A stretch of DNA of 64,000 bases, taken from NCBI GenBank assembly GCA_035444565.1, contig DAOMOX010000001.1, positions 258,335 to 322,334 on the forward strand, given 5' to 3'. The DNA is from Candidatus Dojkabacteria bacterium. Its GTDB lineage: Bacteria > Patescibacteriota > Dojkabacteria > B142 > OLB20. The notes beneath the pieces were generated by a model that ran no database searches, had not been told where the DNA came from, and saw only the letters and a list, made by a program, of their open reading frames with translations. Below, in pieces: positions 58,984 to 64,000 of this stretch. How positions within the stretch are numbered: the stretch's first letter is position 1; each line of letters starts with the position of its first letter. Position numbers and translations under genes: made by a program.

Positions 58984-60528
58984 ATGGAAACAATACTATT
59001 AATCGTATTGTCAATCATAGCAACGGGAGGACTGGGTGCAAGCTACATGCTCACCAGAAACAAAAAAGAGCTTGAAAAAAAGCTGAAGGATCCCAAGTTT
59101 GTTGACATATCCGAGGACGAAGCAATTCGTAAAGCCAGTTTGAAAGCACAGAACACAATTCTTGAAGCTGAAAGAGAAGCCGACAAGATTAAAACTGAAG
59201 CGATGAAACAAACTACCGAACTGAAACAAACAGTTCTCGCTGAGGAAAAACGACTCGACGAAAGAGAGAAAAAGTTAGTCGACAGAGCAAAAGTTCTAGA
59301 TGAAAGGTTCGAAAGCATCGAGAACAAAGAAAAAGCTGTAGAACAAGCCAAAAAAGACGTAAAAAGAAGAAGTGAGAAAATTACCGAAGAGCTTCAGAAG
59401 TTAGCACGACTATCACCTGAAGAGGCCAAAAAATTGGTGATGGACAGAACTGAAGAAGAACTCAAATCCTATGTAGCTAGGAAAATCAGAGAGGCAGATT
59501 TCGAAATACAATCCACCTCCGAAAAAGTCAGTCGTGAAATTTTGGTAGACGTAATGCAAAAAAGTGCTACTGATTATGTAGCAGAGTCTACAGCAACGAC
59601 AATTGATATTGAAAACGAAGAATTAAAAGGAAAAATAATCGGAAAAGAAGGTCGAAATATTAGAACATTCGAGAGACTTACTGGTGTTGACATCATAGTA
59701 GATGAGGCACCGAACCAAGTTACCCTATCCTGCTTCGATCCAATCAGACGTGAAGTAGCTGCACTAGCATTACAGAAACTCCTCAAGGATGGAAGAGTTC
59801 ATCCAGGAAGTATCGAAGAAACAATTTATGGAATCAAAAACGAGCTTTCAAAAGAAATTAAAAGAACTGGAGAAAAACTTGCATACGATTCAGGTTGTAA
59901 CGATCTTCCACAAGAAGTCATCAAACTACTTGGAAGATTCAAATACAGATTTAGCTATGGACAGAATCTCATCAAACATAGTATGGAGATGGTCAATCTA
60001 GGTGGACAACTAGCATCTGAACTTGGTGCAGACGTAAATTTCGTGAAGAAAGCATGCCTACTCCACGACATTGGAAAAGTTCTGACTCACGAGATTGAGG
60101 GTAAACCCCATCACCATATCTCTGGAGATGTAGTCAGGAAATATTTGAAAGATGAAAAATTAGCAAATGCAGTAGAATCACATCATGGTGATATTGACAC
60201 TACTTCGTTAGAAGCAGAAATCGTAAAAATTGCTGATGCAATCTCTGGTGCAAGACCAGGTGCTAGAAAAGACAGCTACGAAAATTACGTTAAAAGAGTA
60301 AAAGGTCTAGAAGATATTGCTAAGAAATATGAAGGTGTTGAAGAAGCTTACGCAATTCACGCTGGACGCGAAGTCAGAGTTATTTTCAAACCATCTATTG
60401 CTAGTGACGACGATGTGGTAATCACAACCCACAAAATCGCAAAAGAAATTGAAGAGACACAAAACTATCCTGGATCTGTAAAAGTTACAGCAATCAGAGA
60501 ACTTCGCGTAACAGAAGAAGCAAAATAA
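58984..60528 (+). CDS. rny: Ribonuclease Y
   Basis: N-terminal TM, coiled coil, KH domain (KGKIIGKEGRNIR), HD domain (LLHDIGK, ADAISGARPGAR), AGREVRV. Confidence 0.96.
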   Translation: METILLIVLSIIATGGLGASYMLTRNKKELEKKLKDPKFVDISEDEAIRKASLKAQNTILEAEREADKIKTEAMKQTTELKQTVLAEEKRLDEREKKLVDRAKVLDERFESIENKEKAVEQAKKDVKRRSEKITEELQKLARLSPEEAKKLVMDRTEEELKSYVARKIREADFEIQSTSEKVSREILVDVMQKSATDYVAESTATTIDIENEELKGKIIGKEGRNIRTFERLTGVDIIVDEAPNQVTLSCFDPIRREVAALALQKLLKDGRVHPGSIEETIYGIKNELSKEIKRTGEKLAYDSGCNDLPQEVIKLLGRFKYRFSYGQNLIKHSMEMVNLGGQLASELGADVNFVKKACLLHDIGKVLTHEIEGKPHHHISGDVVRKYLKDEKLANAVESHHGDIDTTSLEAEIVKIADAISGARPGARKDSYENYVKRVKGLEDIAKKYEGVEEAYAIHAGREVRVIFKPSIASDDDVVITTHKIAKEIEETQNYPGSVKVTAIRELRVTEEAK

Positions 60529-60529
60529 A

Positions 60530-61531
60530 ATGTCGATTAAAGATAGAAAGTTACAACATATCAAAATTGTCTTAGAGAAGGATACGCAGCCGTATCCTTC
60601 TTCTTTTGACAAATATATTCTACCCCACAAATCACTTCCAGAAATCGACTTAAAAGAAATCGACACCACAGTCAAATTCTTCGACAAAGAAATTTCGTTT
60701 CCATTTATGATTGCATCGATGACTGGTGGTGAAGAATTTGGAAAAACAATTAACACCAATCTTGCCATTGCTGCAGAAAAAAACAGAATTCCGCTCGCAC
60801 TCGGATCGATGAGAGTCATATTGAAGAAACCAGAATCACTGGACAGCTTTAATGTGCGCCACCTTTGCCCTTCTGTTCCGTTGTTCGCAAATATGGGTTT
60901 GGTACAGTTAAATTATGGGTATGGAGCAAAAGAAATTAACAAGTTAATCGATATGATTGAAGCTGATGGGATATTTTTACACATAAATCATCTCCAAGAA
61001 GCGATTCAACCAGAAGGTGACACTAACTTCAAAGGACTGATTGATAAACTTGCGAAGATTCTACCCAAGATCAAAAAACCTGTTCTTATCAAAGAAGTTG
61101 GCAACGGAATTGACAAAGAAACAGCTAAAAGACTCAGCGAGATTGGTATCAAATGGATCGATGTCTCAGGTGGCGGTGGAACTAGTTGGCCTTGGGTAGA
61201 AGGCTATCGTCGAGATGATGACCTTGGAGACATATTCAAAACTGAGTCAATTCCCACAGATAAGTGCTTAATCGATTGTGGGGAAATTGAAGATCTAAAC
61301 TTGATAGCTTGTGGAGGAATACGAAATGGCAAACATATAGCACTAAGTGTGATGTTGGGAGCAGATATGGCATCTTGTGCTAAGCCATTACTTCAACCTG
61401 CGTTAGTAAGCCCAGAAGCTTGTACGAAATTGATAGAAAAATATAAAAAAGAATTTCAAATCAGCATGTTCACTGTAGGTGCAAAGGGAGTTGAAGAACT
61501 AAAAGAAATCCAGCCGAAGCTTAATGCTTAG
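60530..61531 (+). CDS. fni: Type 2 isopentenyl-diphosphate delta-isomerase
   Basis: RKLQHI, SMTGG, GSMR, HINHLQEAIQPEGD, KEVGNG, GGGGTSW, GGIRNG. Confidence 0.93.
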   Translation: MSIKDRKLQHIKIVLEKDTQPYPSSFDKYILPHKSLPEIDLKEIDTTVKFFDKEISFPFMIASMTGGEEFGKTINTNLAIAAEKNRIPLALGSMRVILKKPESLDSFNVRHLCPSVPLFANMGLVQLNYGYGAKEINKLIDMIEADGIFLHINHLQEAIQPEGDTNFKGLIDKLAKILPKIKKPVLIKEVGNGIDKETAKRLSEIGIKWIDVSGGGGTSWPWVEGYRRDDDLGDIFKTESIPTDKCLIDCGEIEDLNLIACGGIRNGKHIALSVMLGADMASCAKPLLQPALVSPEACTKLIEKYKKEFQISMFTVGAKGVEELKEIQPKLNA

Positions 61532-62324
61532 GCTTTTCGTAAATCACTTGACCCTCTTGAAGTGCAGTCTCCAAAAAACTCTCCCCCTCATCATCCACCA
61601 TCAAGTTAAACTCTTCCGGTGTATAGACTAGTGGTTCAATTATCGGCGATCCTTCTTTCGTGGATTTTCTTGCTTTGAAAATTCTTTCAATAAAGCTAGC
61701 GTCTGTTTTAGCGATTATTAAGATATCCATTGTAGAGAGTCTACTAACTTGTTTATCTCTAGCAAATCTACCAAAGAGGATTATTTTCTCAGGGTCAAAT
61801 GCAATAATTAATTTTTCCCTTATTACCTTGAGACGATTTTCAATTTCTTCTTTTGTAAACATTTCATCATAGGACAATAATAATTCCTGCGACTCCATAG
61901 GATGTGAAAGTATCACGGATATTTTCTTTAGAAATTCTTGAGCTTGTGTGTATGCTCTCTCTGCTTCAGGTTTCGTGATAATCTCGTGAGGTGTTTTTGT
62001 ACGTCCTGGAAGTAAAAACGGATAACGAGAGACAAATGTAAACGATTCTAAAAATCTGAATTGAAATTTGGTCTGTTTGAACTCCGGACAGATCCTATTA
62101 CAAATCCCCATCAATGTCTGGAGTTTGTGAATTCTTGGAGGGTTTGCACCTGCATATACAATAACTGCTTTCAAAGATTTCTCTACTGCCTGGACGGCTT
62201 GGAAAGTCGACCATTCATAAAAACCCTCATCTAGTGAGAGTTTGGATGCTTGTAAATCAAATTCACCCTGTCTAAACCAGACTATATGTCTTGCTTTTTT
62301 TGATTCGTGTTTATATTCAATCAA
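61521..62324 (-). CDS. HEPN domain fused to a degenerate minimal nucleotidyltransferase (MNT)
   Basis: W...G..DL, F...QAVEK.LKA, P.IH.L..L, RYP (HEPN); then PEKIILFGRFAR...STMDILII...LVYTPEE (MNT-like). Confidence 0.8.
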   Translation of the reverse strand: MIEYKHESKKARHIVWFRQGEFDLQASKLSLDEGFYEWSTFQAVQAVEKSLKAVIVYAGANPPRIHKLQTLMGICNRICPEFKQTKFQFRFLESFTFVSRYPFLLPGRTKTPHEIITKPEAERAYTQAQEFLKKISVILSHPMESQELLLSYDEMFTKEEIENRLKVIREKLIIAFDPEKIILFGRFARDKQVSRLSTMDILIIAKTDASFIERIFKARKSTKEGSPIIEPLVYTPEEFNLMVDDEGESFLETALQEGQVIYEKPKH

Positions 62325-62914
62325 GAGATTAATTCCTCATATGATCCAATTAGCAGAACAATCCTTTGCGTCAAAATATTTAGAACAAACGGATCTCTTC
62401 GTTTCTTCTTTAAGAAGAATTCACGTTCTGTCATCACGGTATAAAATATTTCACGTTCTAGCTTCTGCTCTGCCTGCTCTACTAGTTCCGTAAGTTTGGG
62501 TAAGTCGATGGTCCCAATAACCACTAAATCAATTTTCTGAGAAGAAGTATGATTTTGCTTGAGATAATCTTCCGTAAGAAGAGCAAACTTAACTTCTCCT
62601 AAAGTTTTATTAGCTCGTATCAATTTCCCTCCTAGTCCAAATGCCTTGTGCATCATACTTAGAAGTTCGTAATAATAGACACTGTCTTTGTTCTGTTGGA
62701 AGAATTTCTTTGAACCATCTTCTTCTGAGACAACAATGCCTACTTCTTCGAGTCTGGTTAGTTCTCTTCTCACTGCGTTGATTTCTTCGTCAATTTCGCG
62801 AACAATTCCCCTTAGATGTAACTTCACATCCGGCTGAAGCAGGAAGAATTTAAGAACTTTTATTCTTACCTTTGATACTAAAAGTGCTTCTAGTGTTGAC
62901 GATGCTCTACCCAT
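62321..62914 (-). CDS. Winged-HTH protein with degenerate nucleotidyltransferase-like C-terminal domain
   Basis: SKVRIKVLKFF, LRGIVR...EEINAVRREL..LE..G; IDLVVIG, REIFYTVMT..EF. Confidence 0.75.
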   Translation of the reverse strand: MGRASSTLEALLVSKVRIKVLKFFLLQPDVKLHLRGIVREIDEEINAVRRELTRLEEVGIVVSEEDGSKKFFQQNKDSVYYYELLSMMHKAFGLGGKLIRANKTLGEVKFALLTEDYLKQNHTSSQKIDLVVIGTIDLPKLTELVEQAEQKLEREIFYTVMTEREFFLKKKRRDPFVLNILTQRIVLLIGSYEELIS

Positions 62915-62926
62915 AGTTAATTATTA

Positions 62927-63958
62927 TTAAATCTTACTTTTTGTTTTGACCTCTTGATAAATTTCCTTGCGTAATTTTGAATCATCTTTAAGCAATTCTT
63001 TGACTGCGTCTTTACCTTGACCGAGTTGATTGTCACCTTTTCTAAACCATGCTCCAGACTTCTCAATTACTCCAAACTGTATTGCTGCGTCTACAAGTGA
63101 ACTAATCTTATCTATTCCGTTTGGATAAATAATATCAAACTCTGCTTCTTTAAATGGAGGAGCCATCTTGTTTTTGACTACTTTAACGCGTACAACATGA
63201 CCACGAACATCATCTAGTTTACCTATTTTTTCTTTTTTGCGAATATCTAACCTCACCGATGCATAGAATTTCAGTGCATTACCACCTGTTGTAGTTTCTG
63301 GATTTCCAAACATAATACCAATTTTCATTCTTAATTGATTTATGAAAACCACCGTAGTTCCTGTTTTCGAACAAATAGCTGTAATTTTCCTCAAAGCTTG
63401 ACTCATCAATCGAGCTTGAAGACCCATATGTGAATCTCCCATTTCTCCTTCAATCTCAGCTCTTGGAGTAAGTGCTGCAACAGAGTCAACAACGATAACA
63501 CCTACCGTTCCTGATCGAATAAGAGTTTCTAAAATTTCAAGCGCTTGCTCTCCATAATCAGGTTGTGAGATTAGTAAATCATCAAGATTAATCCCAATAT
63601 TTCTAGCGTACTCAGCATCGAATGCATGTTCTGCATCGATAAAAGCTGCTGTTTCGCCTTTTGCTTGTGCTTCAGAAATGATATGCATGGCCAAAGTTGT
63701 TTTACCCGAAGACTCTGGTCCATAAATCTCTACTATTCTGCCTTTGGGAACTCCTCCAATACCTAGTGCAATATCAAGTGACAATGCACCAGTCGATATA
63801 ACATCCACGTCAGATCTTGCTCTATCGCTAAACTTCATAATAGAACCTTTTCCAAATTGTTTTTCGATTTGTTGAATAGCTGCGTTTAATGCTTGTGACT
63901 TGCCAGTGTTTACTTCCTTTACTGGTTCAGTTGTTTTTTCGGTAGATTGTTTTGCCAT
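62927..63958 (-). CDS. recA: Recombinase A
   Basis: [49 protein letters not shown]. Confidence 0.98.
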   Translation of the reverse strand: MAKQSTEKTTEPVKEVNTGKSQALNAAIQQIEKQFGKGSIMKFSDRARSDVDVISTGALSLDIALGIGGVPKGRIVEIYGPESSGKTTLAMHIISEAQAKGETAAFIDAEHAFDAEYARNIGINLDDLLISQPDYGEQALEILETLIRSGTVGVIVVDSVAALTPRAEIEGEMGDSHMGLQARLMSQALRKITAICSKTGTTVVFINQLRMKIGIMFGNPETTTGGNALKFYASVRLDIRKKEKIGKLDDVRGHVVRVKVVKNKMAPPFKEAEFDIIYPNGIDKISSLVDAAIQFGVIEKSGAWFRKGDNQLGQGKDAVKELLKDDSKLRKEIYQEVKTKSKI

Positions 63959-64000
63959 ATGATGTCTCTAAAAAATAAAGCTTCGGGCTGAAAAATTTCA

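Noticed and set aside
46971-60819. Antisense ORFs in the track (e.g. 46971-47468, 57665-58075, 60307-60819)
   Set aside because: Shadow frames of well-supported genes on the opposite strand.
1-64000. Recoded genetic code (TGA=Gly), prophage, IS elements, tRNA or rRNA genes
   Set aside because: Conserved genes are full length under code 11 and galE ends at TGA; no integrase, transposase, phage structural cluster or tRNA/rRNA pattern was recognised.

Overview
AT-rich bacterial chromosome segment in genetic code 11 (TGA is a stop), with almost no Shine-Dalgarno motifs. Gene content (two-subunit ATP-citrate lyase, type-2 IPP isomerase, archaeal/eukaryote-type IleRS, 6S RNA-rny, recA followed by a wHTH protein) fits a Patescibacteria/CPR organism, possibly Dojkabacteria/Microgenomates-like; this is inference only. 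About 2-42 kb is a large surface-glycan locus: galE, rmlABCD, wecB/wecC-like genes, >10 GT2/GT4 genes, GT-C-like membrane proteins, GtrA, Wzm/Wzt, methyltransferase and kinase-like/coiled-coil genes. About 43-64 kb is mostly housekeeping: fmt, lgt, ileS, two lepB, parAB, amidase, 6S RNA, rny, fni, recA. Most notable observations: (1) an unannotated 49-aa ORF with its own promoter, built from three synonymously diverged DP(S/T)DEGLG repeats, resembling a RiPP precursor; (2) an IleRS carrying inserted CYTH-like and histidine-phosphatase domains; (3) four clusters of ~91-bp paired-palindrome REP/BIME-like repeats with compensatory stem changes, each cluster holding exactly one unit with a nested 22-nt insertion; (4) a JAMM-motif protein, a BKACE enzyme and a split WbdD-like module inside the glycan locus; (5) HEPN/nucleotidyltransferase-derived proteins in housekeeping operons. 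All calls come from motif recognition by eye; no database searches were run.
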